A stretch of DNA of 64,000 nt from Eledone cirrhosa (lineage: Eukaryota): positions 176,266,001-176,330,000 of the forward strand of contig OZ024742.1 in the NCBI GenBank assembly GCA_964016885.1. The letters run 5' to 3'. Positions 26,260 through 39,111 of this stretch are shown piece after piece. The notes beneath the pieces are model-generated. The model was given only the letters and a program-made list of their open reading frames with translations. It had not been told where the DNA came from and made no database searches. A program made the position numbers and the translations under genes. Positions within the stretch are counted from its first letter, which is position 1, and each line of letters opens with the position of its first letter.

Positions 26260-27716
26260 TTGTAAAACTTGTAGTACTGCTGCCATGATAAAATACATTC
26301 AGTACACAATGTACAGCAGTAGTGCTGGTGCCAATGATAAAACACAATCATTACACTCTGTATAAGGTAGAACTGGTACTATGATAAATGCACTCAGTTC
26401 TCTATGTAAAATGGTAGTGCTGGTGCCATGATAAAATGCATTCAGTACACACTGTAAAATGGTAGTGCTGGTGCCATGATAAAAGGCACTCAGAAAAATA
26501 CCATATATGTTGGCGTACAAGGTGACTTTTTAGCCTTAAAAAATCCCCCCACCCTCCAAAAAAATAGGGTGGCATCTTATACTCCAAGTATATGTGAACT
26601 TTAAATCCAGTGGTTTATGGTAAGTAGTTAGCATGGGAGATTTTGATAGTGCTAACCCCTGCCTTGGTAACTATTGACACAAATATTTTCTAATGAAACA
26701 ACTTAATTCACATTATTATAATAAAATATTTAGGGTGGTGGGTTGGCGGTATCAGTAGAGGGTTGGACGCCATGCTTTGCAGTATAGAGTTATGGCCTGA
26801 GTTCAAACCCTGCCGAGGTTAACTTTGCCTTTCATCCTTACGGGGTCGATAAAATAAAGCACCAGTAATGCACTGGGATAATTGCTGGCCTTGTGCCAAA
26901 AGTAGAAACAATTATTATAATAAAATAAAAGTATAGTGTAATATAAGTACTCTTACATTATATATGTGGTATGATTACATGACAATAATAAAACACATAT
27001 TCAAGATAGAAATTGAAAACCATCGTCACACAATGTAAATAAAATAACTGCTAGCCTTGGGTCATTCAAAGCGCTTTGCCAGACAGAGCACTCAGCCAGA
27101 GCGTTCAGGTGAAAAGATGTTTACGGTAATAATTCAAGGAATAGACTGGTAATCAAAGTTAAAATATTAACCTTTATATAACAGTATATCTTTTTAAAGT
27201 CACATCACCAATGTTTATGAATACAGCAGCTGGTCATGTTATTATTACCGGGTGGTTACTTTGGCCTTGTGCCAAAAGAGAAACAATTATTACTGGGTAA
27301 TGGTAAGTGTACCAGGTAGATTACAGAAGGGGAACAGTAAGTGTAGATTGTGGGAGTTAATTGACAATATCTCCCAAACATTTTTACATTAGAATTTGAT
27401 TAAAAAGAAAGTATATGCTTAATGAATTTATTTAATAAAATCAATACAATATATTTTAAAATACAATGGGCAGGAGGTCGTCTTGTATGGCGTATATAAC
27501 TTAAAACTTGAAAATGTTAACTTGAAAATTTGGGGGTCATCTTATACGCCAGCATATATTGTATGTAAATAAAATGCACTCAGTATATTCTGTAAAATGG
27601 TAATGCTGGTGCCATGAAAATATACTCCCTGTTCTCTCTGTAATGAGATATTGCTAGTGCTATGATAAAATACACCCAGTACAATTTGTAATGAGGTATT
27701 TCTGGCGCTATGATAG
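26260..27716 (+). repeat. ~50-bp tandem minisatellite (26260-26495 and 27565-27716) split by a MITE
   Basis: Unit GTAAAATGGTAGTGCTGGTGCCATGATAAAATGCACTCAGTACACTCT. Confidence 0.85.
26501..27561. mobile_element. pogo/Tigger-like non-autonomous DNA transposon with a nested SINE (26732-26920, +)
   Basis: TIRs CCATATATGTTGGCGTACAAGGTGAC / GTCATCTTATACGCCAGCATATATTG with TA on both sides; subterminal TCTT(A/G)TA repeats. Confidence 0.75.
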
Positions 27717-27989
27717 AAAAAAATTGAATGTCTTTAACATGAAATTGAAAGACTAATGCATGTATAAGGTTATTGGAAACTTAGCTTTTACAATTCTGCA
27801 AATAACTTTTTTCTTATACACTACACAATGTGGTTTAATAAGTTGTATCAAAAGTTTAAAACTATGTCGATACCTAACAAATTATAGATTAATGTGTATA
27901 TATAATATCTAATAGGCTATATACTAATATGTATTTACATACACACAACAATATAAATATATGTATGTATATATCTATCTATCTATGAA

Positions 27990-28044
<55 letters not shown>

Positions 28045-28045
28045 C

Positions 28046-28117
<72 letters not shown>

Positions 28118-28169
28118 CTGAGTGTGTGTAAATATATGTAAATATATGATATCCCAACTTTGGTTATTC

Positions 28170-28203
28170 TTTACCAAACTACACAGCATTGTATATATAT
28201 ATA

Positions 28204-28250
<47 letters not shown>

Positions 28251-28297
28251 ATACACACACACATATATATATATACAATGCTGTGTAGTTTGGTAAA
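28170..28297. repeat. Inverted duplication centred on (TA)n
   Basis: TTTACCAAACTACACAGCATTG / CAATGCTGTGTAGTTTGGTAAA. Confidence 0.9.
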
Positions 28298-28771
28298 TAA
28301 TATATATATATATATATATGGGGGGGGGGTGCAAGTGTGTGTATAAACAGTAAGAAAACATTAAGTACTACAAATGACTTTAGCACATTAGCAAAACACT
28401 AAAGATATAATAACTACTCTTGATATGATAAAGAAGCTTCTAGACTTAGTGATACTAAGATAAGATATAACAGGACCGATGATGGAGTGTGTTCATTTTT
28501 AAGAAATTTTTTATGTATCTATCTCATATGATAAATCCTCCTCATATTCCATTAATTACATACCATTCTGATGTTTCAGAATCTAGAATCTTCTCTGTAT
28601 TTCTCCTCCATCAATTAATCTGTGGACATTTCCCTTTCTGTGATTTTGCTTTTATTTTAGCTTCTTCCGTCAAGTATTTACAACTTGTAATTCTGTGTAA
28701 CACCTGTATGTGGTTTTGATTTTGATTAACTATGCTTTAGGTATTCAAGTATTTGTTACTACGATCATAGC

Positions 28772-28811
<40 letters not shown>

Positions 28812-29192
28812 ATATATATATATATAAATATATATATTTTATATATATATATATTTTTTATATATATGTACACATATCCATATACATACATCTACATATA
28901 TGTGCATAATTGCATAATATATATATGCATATATGCACACATAACATACACATTCATGCATACATACATACCCTTATATATGTACATATATACACATATA
29001 TACATACGTATATATACATATATATATATACCCACACATATATACATAGGTATATATATATATGTATGTGTGTGTGTATGTATATATACACACATATAAA
29101 CATATATATATAAACATATATATATATATCCTGTGAATTTCCGACCGATAAGGTTTGATTATCATGGATATGTCTTTATTTATAAAACACAC

Positions 29193-29263
29193 TTTGTATT
29201 TTATCTGATGAAAGTGCACCAAGGTTCCCTTGGTTGCTTTTGAAATATATATAATAAAATAAA
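29193..29263 (+). ncRNA. Minimal type I hammerhead ribozyme motif in a PLE-like fragment (29130-29375)
   Basis: Stem I TATTTTAT/ATAAAATA, CTGATGA 29205-29211, stem II AAG..CCAAGG/CCTTGG..TTT, GAAATATATATA. Confidence 0.78.
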
Positions 29264-29519
29264 TATGATTTTATAAATATAGTTTCCATTTATTTAATAT
29301 CTTGGAATATTTACTCCACTAATTTGTTGAGTGCTCTAAATCAGTTATAAGCATTTATGTTTGTCGGAATTCCAAGAGAGAGAGACATAGATAGATATAC
29401 AATGCATTATAAAATTACATTCAAATATGTATGGATTAAAACATTTCTGTATCTATTCTATATTAAATTAAAGTATTTATAAAATAAGAGATGATGTAGT
29501 TGATAGATGTGATGCGTTT

Positions 29520-29594
29520 AATTTTTTAGGAGTCAATTTTTCTTCTTATATATATATATATATATATCAGAAGAAAAATTGACTCCTAAAAAAT
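29520..29594. repeat. Inverted duplication centred on (TA)n
   Basis: AATTTTTTAGGAGTCAATTTTTCTTCT / AGAAGAAAAATTGACTCCTAAAAAATT. Confidence 0.9.
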
Positions 29595-29631
<37 letters not shown>

Positions 29632-29654
29632 GTATATATATATATATGTATATA

Positions 29655-29856
29655 TAGGAACGAGTAGGACCCTGACGGCTGAGCTCAAGCCGCTTTGACG
29701 GCTAATTCTGGACTAAATTTAGTCCAGAATTAGCTGTCGAAACGGCTTGAGCTCAACCGTCGGGGTCCTACTCCTTCCAATTACCCATGCTATTTCCCTA
29801 AGTATTGAGTACTTTGGTGCGTTATGGTCCATCTGGTTCCTTACCACATTTCCTTC

Positions 29857-29859
<3 letters not shown>
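29655..29859 (+). mobile_element. Palindromic PLE-like fragment (hairpin 29655-29778) with HHR 3' half
   Basis: Same family as 13641-13834; perfect palindromic centre 29701-29734. Confidence 0.72.
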
Positions 29860-29889
<30 letters not shown>

Positions 29890-29899
29890 GCACACTTAT

Positions 29900-30752
29900 A
29901 TATGTGGGTTTCCAGAAAGTACAATAATTAGGGTAAGAACGGGATGGAAGAAGTTCAGGCACCTACTACCACTGCTAGCTGCAAAAGGCTTCTCCCTCAA
30001 AATGAAAGGCAGACTGTATGATGCGTGTATCCGAACAGCAATGTTACATGGTAGGGAGACCTGGGCACTGAAGGTGGAAGACTTACGTAGATTAGAAAGA
30101 AACGAAGCCTGCATGCTCCGATGGATGTGTAATAGTAATATACGCAAACGACAAAGCATAAATGAATTGAGAGAGAGACTGAGCATAAGAGGAATCAAAT
30201 GCTGTGTGCAGGAGAGGCGGATGCGTTGGTATGGACATGTGATGCATATTAAGGATGACAGCTGCATAAAAAGGTGCAGAGCACTAGAAGTCGATGGAAA
30301 CCGCGGGTGGGGGACACCCAAGATGACCTGGGATGAGGTGATAAAAGCTGACCTTACCCAATTACACCTCTCACAGGCGATGACACATGACCGTGACCTC
30401 TGGCATCACGCAGTAATACAGAGTACCCGACCTCCCATGGGTACAAGCTGAAGCATATAGACAATATGCCCCCACACCCTCCCACTGCAAGGTGGTTGTG
30501 GAGGTGCCACGGCAAAAAAGCACCCAGCCCACACTGTAAAGTGGACGTGTAGGCGCCACGAAAAAGCACCCAGCACTCACTGTAAATGAGGTTGGTGTTA
30601 GGAAGGGCATCCAGCTGTAGAAATCAAGCCAGATCAGTTCCTGTATGAGCAAGGCATGGTCAGCCGACCAGACACTGCCCACAACCCGTCTAACCCATGC
30701 TAGCGTGGAAGAACAGACGTAAAACGGTGATGATGATGATGATGATGATGAT
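29900..30752 (+). mobile_element. RTE LINE 3' end with 3'UTR and (GAT)n tail (another UTR fragment at 30790-31005)
   Basis: KGRLYDACIRTAMLHG, RMRWYGHVM, TWDEVI. Confidence 0.92.
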
Positions 30753-31016
30753 ATATATATATATAAATCATTACAAAAACAAGCAGTTCACAGTGCAAAG
30801 TGGTCATGTAGGCGGCATCACAACAAAAAGCACCCAGTACTCTCTGTAAATGAAGTTGGTGTTAGGAAGAGCATCCAGCTGTAGAATCCGAGCCCAAATC
30901 ATTTCTGTATAAACAAGATATGGTCACCTGACCTGGCATTGCTCACAACAGGACAACTCATCTAACCCATGCTAGCATGGAAAAATGGACATTAAATGGT
31001 GATGATATATATATAT

Positions 31017-31316
31017 GAACATATAGAGAGAAGTACACATAGAGATATGTGTTTAATCATTGAGGGTCAAAAACCACCAGAGTGACAAACATATTACCTA
31101 TGGAATAAATGGTGAATACAAATCAATAAAAAGAATATATTAAAGAGTACTAACCATCAGATTATAACAATACACCCGGACATTAGTATTCTTTAATATA
31201 TTCTTTTTATTGTTTTGTATTCACCATTCCTTCCATAGATAATATGTTTGTCGTTCGTGATTTTTGATCCCCTATGATTAAACACATATTTCTAACTGTA
31301 CTTCTCTCTATATGTT
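31017..31316. repeat. Diverged inverted repeat, ~135-bp arms with ~30-bp loop
   Basis: 31017-31152 is the reverse complement of 31183-31316; follows a short (TA)n. Confidence 0.85.
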
Positions 31317-31488
31317 GATTTATAAAGAGCTTGGAATCTATTCCTTGAGCTAATTAAATAATGGTGGATTAATGTGAGTTCAAACTATTTTTTTATTTGA
31401 TATATATACAGTTTTCTATTCTATGTTTGTTTTCAATGTAATCCTGTCTAATTCCACAATTAACACCTGATATCGTCTGTCTTGCATT

Positions 31489-31680
31489 ATTGGATGGTAA
31501 GGCTAGGGGATGCTTTACAGCACAGTTACGTCCCTTTACGGACTGAGTTCAAATCCTGCTGAGGTTAACTTTGCCTTTCATCCTTACGGGGTCGATAAAA
31601 TAAAGTACCATTAATACCCTGGATTAATTGCTGGCCTTGTTTCAAAAGTAGAAATAATTATTTTAAAGTAGAAACAATTA
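31489..31680 (+). mobile_element. Deu/Nin-like SINE
   Basis: Core motif present. Confidence 0.85.
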
Positions 31681-31900
31681 TTGGATGATAAGGCTGAGCC
31701 ATTGAAATAGGTGTAGTGCTTTCATGGAATTAAAATTCTAAAGTATATTTCAAGTCCGGCCTTTTGCTATTGTTTTAATGAATTCTTAACTCCATTCATG
31801 CACCACTCAAAAGATACCACAATTTCAATGCATGATTTTCATATGGAATATATATATATATATATATATATGTATACATGTATATAATTATATATTTATA

Positions 31901-33805
31901 TCATCATCATCACCGTTTTACGTCCGTTCTTCCATGCTAGCATGGGTTATATGGGTAAGCAGTGTCTGGTCGGCTGAGCATGCCTTGCTCATACAGGAAC
32001 TGATTTTCGCTTGATTTCTACAGCTTGATGCCTTTCCTAACACCAACCTCATTTACAGTGAGTGCTGGGTGCTTTTTTCGTGGCACCTACACGTTCACTT
32101 TACAGTGTGGGCTGGGTGCTTTTTTTGCCGTTGCACCTCCATGCCCACTTTGCAATTGGAGGGTGTGGGGCACATTGCCTTTATGCTTCAGTTTGTACCC
32201 ATGGGAGGTCGGGTACTCTGTATTACTGCGTGACGCCAGAGGTCACGGTTGTGTGTCATCATCTTTGAGAGGTGTAATTGGGTAAGGTTGGCTTTTATCA
32301 CCTCATCCCAGGTCTTCTTGGGTCTCCCCACTCCGCGGTTTCCATTGACTTCTAGTGCTCTGCACCTTTTTATGCAGCTGTCATCCTTCATACGCATCAC
32401 ATGTCCATACCAACGCAACCGCCTCTCCTGTACACAGCATTTGATTCCTCTCATGCTCAGTCTCTCTCTCAATTCATTTATGCTTTGTCGTTTGCGTATA
32501 TTACTATTACACATCCATCGGAGCATGCAGGCTTCGTTTCTTTCTAATCTACGTAAGTCTTCCACCTTCAGCGCCCAGGTCTCACTACCATGTAACATTG
32601 CTGTTTGGATACACGCATCATACAGTCTGTCTTTCATTTTGAGGGAGAAGCCTTTTGCAGCTAGCAGTGGCAGTAGTTCCCTGAACTTCTTCCATCCCGT
32701 TCTTACCCTAGTTATTGTACTTTCTGAACACCCATCTCCGCTGCTAATTCGGTTACCTAGGTAGCAGAAGCTGTCTATTGTTTCTACAGAGCCCTCCCAG
32801 AGATTGGTGGTACTTGTTTCCTGTGGCTGTTTGCTGCTTGCTGTCCCAGCACAGCTGCTGCATGTGAAGCCTACATTCTTAATTAAGCTTCCTGAGATCC
32901 CGTTACATCTCTTGTGTACCCATTGTTTGCATTTGGGGCAGAGAATGGAGTTCCTACCTACAGATTTCCTACATACTGAGCAAGGCCATTTCCCTGAGGG
33001 GGGTCTGGGCTCTGTTTTCTCGTCTACTTACAAGGACCTTAGTCTTTGTCATGTTGACTTTGAGACCCTTTCTTTATAGTCCCTGCTTCCAAGTTTGGAA
33101 TTTCTTCTCTATTTCTACCATAGATTCAGCTATAAGTGCGAGGTCATCAGCATACAGGAATTCCCATGGGCATCCGGTCTTAAACTCCTCCATTATTGCC
33201 TGCAGGACGATGATGAACAGGAGGGGGCTAAGAACAGAGCCCTGGTGGACACCAACCTGTATGCTAAATTCCTCGCTATATTCATTGCTAATCCTAACTT
33301 TGCTGACTGCTCCCCTATACATGGCTTGTACAGCTTTCACAAGCCATTCATCTACTCCTATTTTTTTTGAGAGCCCACCAGATTACAGCACGTGGAACTC
33401 TGTCAAAGGCTTTCTCGAGATCGACAAATGCCAGGTAGAGTGGCTTACTTTTAGCTAGGTACTTTTCCTCTAACTGCCTCACAAGGAAGAAGGCATCAGT
33501 GGTGGCTCTTCCTGGTACAAACCCAAATTGCATCTCATCTAGTTTCACCCGGTCCCTAATCAACTGTGCTATAACTCTTTCTGTTACTTCCATGACCTGG
33601 TCCATCAGCTTTATACCTCTATAGTTTCCTCTATCTAGTGCATCTCCTTTACCTTTGTAGCAGTTGACAATGATGCTACTGCACCAATCTTTTGGTATGA
33701 CACCTTCTAGTATTACCTGGTTAACAATACGTGTGGTTATAGTGTGACCTACAGACCCAGATGCTTTCAGCATCTCGGCATCTATACCTGATGGACCGGT
33801 TGCCT
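31901..33805 (-). mobile_element. RTE LINE RT region plus 3'UTR, 5'-truncated at (TA)n
   Basis: ORFs 33348-33836, 33074-33340 (GVHQGSVLSPLLF, YADD), 32188-32637; (GAT)n tail. Confidence 0.95.
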
Positions 33806-36800
33806 TATATATATATATAATAAACAAATAGTTCACTGCTCCACATGGACAAACACAACAAATTCAATCTGAGCCCTTTGAGCATCAATAACAACACACA
33901 ACTCACCTGCAATTATGCAAACAGCCTCCCCACTCTGTAATGTGGTCATGTAGGTGGCACGACAAAAAACACACAGCCCACACTGTAAAGTTGTCATGTG
34001 GGTGTCATGGCAAAATGCACCCATGCTAGTGTGGAAAGAGGATGTTAAACGATGATGATGATATAAAAACATTATTATTGTTTAGAATCTGTTTATCTGT
34101 TTTCCCTGTATATATATATATATATGCATGTTTGTGTGTGTTTATATATATTATGTCAAAGTCAAGACAACATCTCCAGTGTATGGTGCCATAATAAAAC
34201 ACCTAGTACACTCTGTAAATTGTAGAAATTCGGGCAAGATATAACAGTGGCTGACCTGAGATATCATAAGCTCCAAATAACACACACCAGCTTTTAAGAA
34301 TGTCTTTCTAATGTGGTACAAGTTGTTAAGAGTTAAGATAAGTTAGCACAAGTGTGAAGCTGGTCATAGGACATACAATGTTAACTTTTGCCTTAAAATG
34401 CTTGTTATTCTACTTTTATAAAACTGTAGGAGTGATTTGAAAGGATATGGCTGCTGTTAACAACAAGTCAAGCAACTACATTGAGACACATTTGTTAGTG
34501 TGTAAAGTTGATGTAGAAGGTGACTGTTAATAATTGTTTCTCTCTTTTAAGATATCTAGGAGATGAAAGAAATAAGCCAATATTTAACAATATCAGATGG
34601 AGAAGAATGAAGTAAAGTATGCATAATCACCTTCCCTTGCCACTGCAAGTAAACAGAAATATTGAAGATACTTCAAAATACAAGATATTTCTGCATGTCC
34701 AATCACAACAAATAAACTCATATAACACTGGCGTGTATGGTTGGGGTGTGGTGAGGTGGAGGGATGAGTGAAATTGGATCTTGTAATAATTCTATCCTGT
34801 ATCAGTTACAAGATGAAACTTCACAAGCAACTCCTCAGACAGTAAATATTCTGCTTTATTAAAACTTGTTACTGCAATAACCATTCTTTTCATATATGTA
34901 TTTCAATCAGTTATGATGAGATTTCGAAAGACTCTGTAAACAGCATCAAAGGAGAGATATTTATAAAAGTATGAAATCATTATTCAAGCCAATCCTAAGG
35001 ATGATGTGAATATGTTTAGTATACATGTAAAATTAAAGAATAGCTGCATATCACAGCAAGAAATATTATTGTTCTCTATGCAAAGATTCTAGATTCTACT
35101 GTGAAGTAAATGATCCTGAAGAATGGAAATATCTTTTACTTTTCTGCTTTTATACAATATAGATTTCTTATGAAGGCAAAATTGGCTTAGTTAATATAGT
35201 GAATCAGCGTAAAGTATTAATCTAGCAACTGACTGGTTAGCAATTCAAATCTAAAATGCCAGGAATTATCAGCGAACTATATTTTCATTTCTGTCTGGGA
35301 CATTTGAGAAGTTTGGGAAGGCTGGGCCACTGACAATAACTTTCTTCTTATTGTTACCAGCTCAACAAACCAATGTATCAGGCAATGCCTACAAGGGTGT
35401 GTGGTTATTCCATCATCCTGACCACATTATTACCTACAGCATTGTTGCAAGTGTGTTTGCTTGACTAAAAAATTATTTGAAGGCAGCTCCAGCATGACTT
35501 GTTGTGGCATATGATTGAACGTGCCTGTCATCTCCCACTGAATGGTTTAACAGTTCAAAACTTGCCAGTGGTGCGTTAGTATATATCAGGAACAGGGCTG
35601 TCTTAACAGAATTTTAAGCCACCTATTTGATCAAACTCTGTGCATTTGGCGTTCTAATTCTGCCTCCTTTTGCAAGAAGTTATAACTGAAAGAGAACATC
35701 AGCAATGAAATAAAAATCAATGAAATTCTCGTTTTCTTGCTCTGATCTGATGATCAGCTACTTTTTTTATAAATTACCCCATTACTATATTACTAAAAAT
35801 TCAGTGACATGACTAAAACTCATCTTCATGCTCATCATCATCATTGTCGTAAGGTGATTGGCATTAGGAAGGGCATCCAGCTATAGAAACCATTCTAAAA
35901 TATGGAACATATGAACAAAATGTTGTTATCACACCTGGCTTGTCTCAAATAGTGACAATCTTCAAACCCATGCCAGCATGGAAAATCGACATGAAATGAT
36001 GAGGATGGTGACACCATTATATATTTATGTAAAAATCTTTAAGTTATTTTCCAAATACCTACTTAATAAGGAGAAAATTAGTTATATAACTAAATCACTC
36101 CAAATTCTCGATTGTTTTCAAAGTTATTTGAAAATCAAGAATAGTGTCTTTCAGTATAAATCTGGTAAGGAAAGGGTTAATGTAGACAGTAAAAAGCAAA
36201 GGCAGGCTGGATTATTTTCTCATTATCTTTGCTTGTCTTTATTGTATTAACACTATAAATTGTCTCATTACTAGTTAATAACCCTCAGAGTTTAGAAACA
36301 TCATAGCAATTTTACTAAATAATTCAGACTTGCAATGTCTGATTTACAGAGATTTTGGTCACATTTCATATTAAAAAGAATTCCCATGTGAATTTTTGAG
36401 ATATTGCTGTGTTTATTGTACTGTTGTCTATAATAATCAGCATTTCTCATATTAAACAGTTCACACAAGGCTAATATTTACTTCTGCCTTGCAATCAGTT
36501 CAGAATAAATATATTTATGGGGAAAATAGAAGCTCCTAAAACTAGCAAGGGTAATATATTTTGGTGAAAAACTATTTCTAAATGCAGTCGCCAGAGAAAT
36601 CTTTAAGATAATGTTATAACACACATACTTGCACACATAAACACAAAATTCAATAAAATGAATGACAGAAAGATCTCTGAAGTAATTTGATATAAATTGA
36701 TATAATAAAGTCAAATAGCAGAATAATCATTTCAGGAATTTAAAAAAGAGTCCCTATAAAAAAAGATGCTTGTGTCACTGTTAACCATTTCAATACCATC

Positions 36801-39111
36801 TTTCTCATGAAAGCCACTATCTGTTGTCTTGAAATCATTTTTGAAATCAAGAATTTAGAAGGATTTAGTAAGATAGTTAAACTCTTGAGTGCTGGTGTCA
36901 CAATAAAATACACTCAGTAGATTCCATGGAGTACATGAACATTTGAAAGTGAGGTGCAGTCCCTGGCTCATCTATAAATGCTCTTGGTAGAGCAAGGGAA
37001 TGTATGTAAGCAAAATGAATCCTGGCTTGACTGGGAGGTCAGTAGATCTACTTGAGTACTGAATCAGCCTGTGAACAACCACCCAGCCCTTACTAGCAGG
37101 GAAAACAGAGGTTAAATAAAATTGATAATGATGATGACCACATTGTTGATATCTTCCCCTTTCTAATGACACAATTTCTCTGTAAACAAATGTATCTTAA
37201 TACTTTTAATGCCATCTCAGCTAAAAATGTCTCTTGTTTTGATCCAACTGTTTTAAGTAAATATAAACACTTTATAATAAATAGCTCTGTATAAAAAGAA
37301 AGCCCAGTGTGATTTTGTATGGTGTGAAAGCTAATATCAGAGACGTATTTCAGTATCTGTGTAAGCTGACAAATATGGAATGTTTCTCTTGAAATCTAAT
37401 TTAAATATTATTCATTTTAAAGGCTGAAAACTTTCCAAACACTGTAGAGTGTAAAAATGAAAATGCAGGTTTAGTGCTACGATGGAATATATTGCAAATA
37501 AATAAATATAAAGTAAATAATAAATGAAATAAATGTATAAACAAATATGACATTTTTTTTTTATAAAAAAAATATGTAACAGCCTAAAAATACTACTGTA
37601 AAGATAAAAATAAATATGATAAAATGTAAATTACACTAATGCAAGCCAGGTATTTTAGTTGAATTCGTTTTTGATGGAGAAACACTTATTTTTTTATAAT
37701 TAAAAAAAAAAAAGTTAAAAAAATAATAGTAAATCAAAATCAATAAATTTCAGTGAATAAAATGGAAAGACCATTTTAAAAGCATTTAAATTTCTAAAGC
37801 ATATAATATTTAATTAAATAATTAATTAGTGAGGCTAACGTTCAGACAAGAGAGATACCAAGAGAGATACGAAGCTGGGTCAACAGCTGTGTACTAGTTG
37901 CTACTAGAGAGATGATGACAGCTGCTGGTGTTTCTTTACTGTTGTTTATTATAGTCACCACTAAAATACCCTTTATTTACTATATTTCTTATGAAAGACA
38001 TTTATTTGTTTCAATAATTTCATACATAATCAAGAACTTGGAAGGATTCAATAATATAATTAGATTTCTTATTATTAAGGTAGTGTTTAGAAGCAAAGTT
38101 AACAAGGTTTCTGATATAAAATTATGAAGGAAGGTGTTTAAATAAAAACATGTTAAAAGAAACAGTTTTGTATCATAGAACCAGATGAAGTTTTAGGCAG
38201 TATGGTATCAAAAGGGTTACAATGCACTACAGATAGAAGTTTTAGAAACACAGTGGTAGTATATACAAGCTTATCTAAATGCTTTTATTACCATATTTCT
38301 AATGAAAGACATGCCTACAGACTGTAATTGGTGAACTTTATTTTCTTATTATCTTTGCCTCCCGCCAAACAAAGGGTAGAAAGGACTTTTCTATTTTGTC
38401 AAGGACAAGACAACAACTCTAGAGCTGGGACCATAATAAAATGCCTCCAGTAAATTCTGTAGAGGGTGAGAATGTATTTAAGCAAAATGGTATCACTCAA
38501 TTTGAATCCCTGCATTTTGCTTTGCATAATGTCTTTAGAAACAGACCTAGGAATGGCTGAAATATCCTCCCTGATGTTTTCCTTTAAGAATTCAGTGAGG
38601 TTAGGGAGCTTTCATCACTGCTGTGTGGGGACCCACTAAAAATCAGTCTTCAAACTAAATGTTTTGTTCATGTTATTGTTGTCTGTATCTTAATTTCCTG
38701 CACTTGATATGTTGCTTAGACATACGTTTATGTGTCTTGAATTATTGTTCCAGGTTTTAATATATCGTGACTATCCTCTTACAAAAATAGATAAAAAGTA
38801 ATATTTACACCATCCTCACCAGTACATTTATTCCTGCCCATGAAATGATGAATTGATCATTTAATTATTTTTTTCTTCAATAAGACAGAATTGGTAAACT
38901 TGGATTTTATAATTTATATCTTGTAAATCATTTATATAACTTACTCTACTATGAGGAATGTATTTTGACTTTACACTGTATGTCTTTTTAATGCTTTTTC
39001 TGTGGACAATGTTTGCTATTTATTGTCAATATAAACTTACAAAATATGTTTCATTTTTCTGAAGAGATTTTGTAGATAATCTGATATATTATCATTGTAT
39101 TTTAGGTACTA

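Noticed and set aside
26260-26495. CRISPR-like periodic repeats
   Set aside because: Whole unit is repeated with no unique spacers, no cas genes, eukaryotic context
28425-28575. C/D-box snoRNA-like ATGATAA...CTGA motifs
   Set aside because: Non-canonical box C and no recognisable rRNA/snRNA guide
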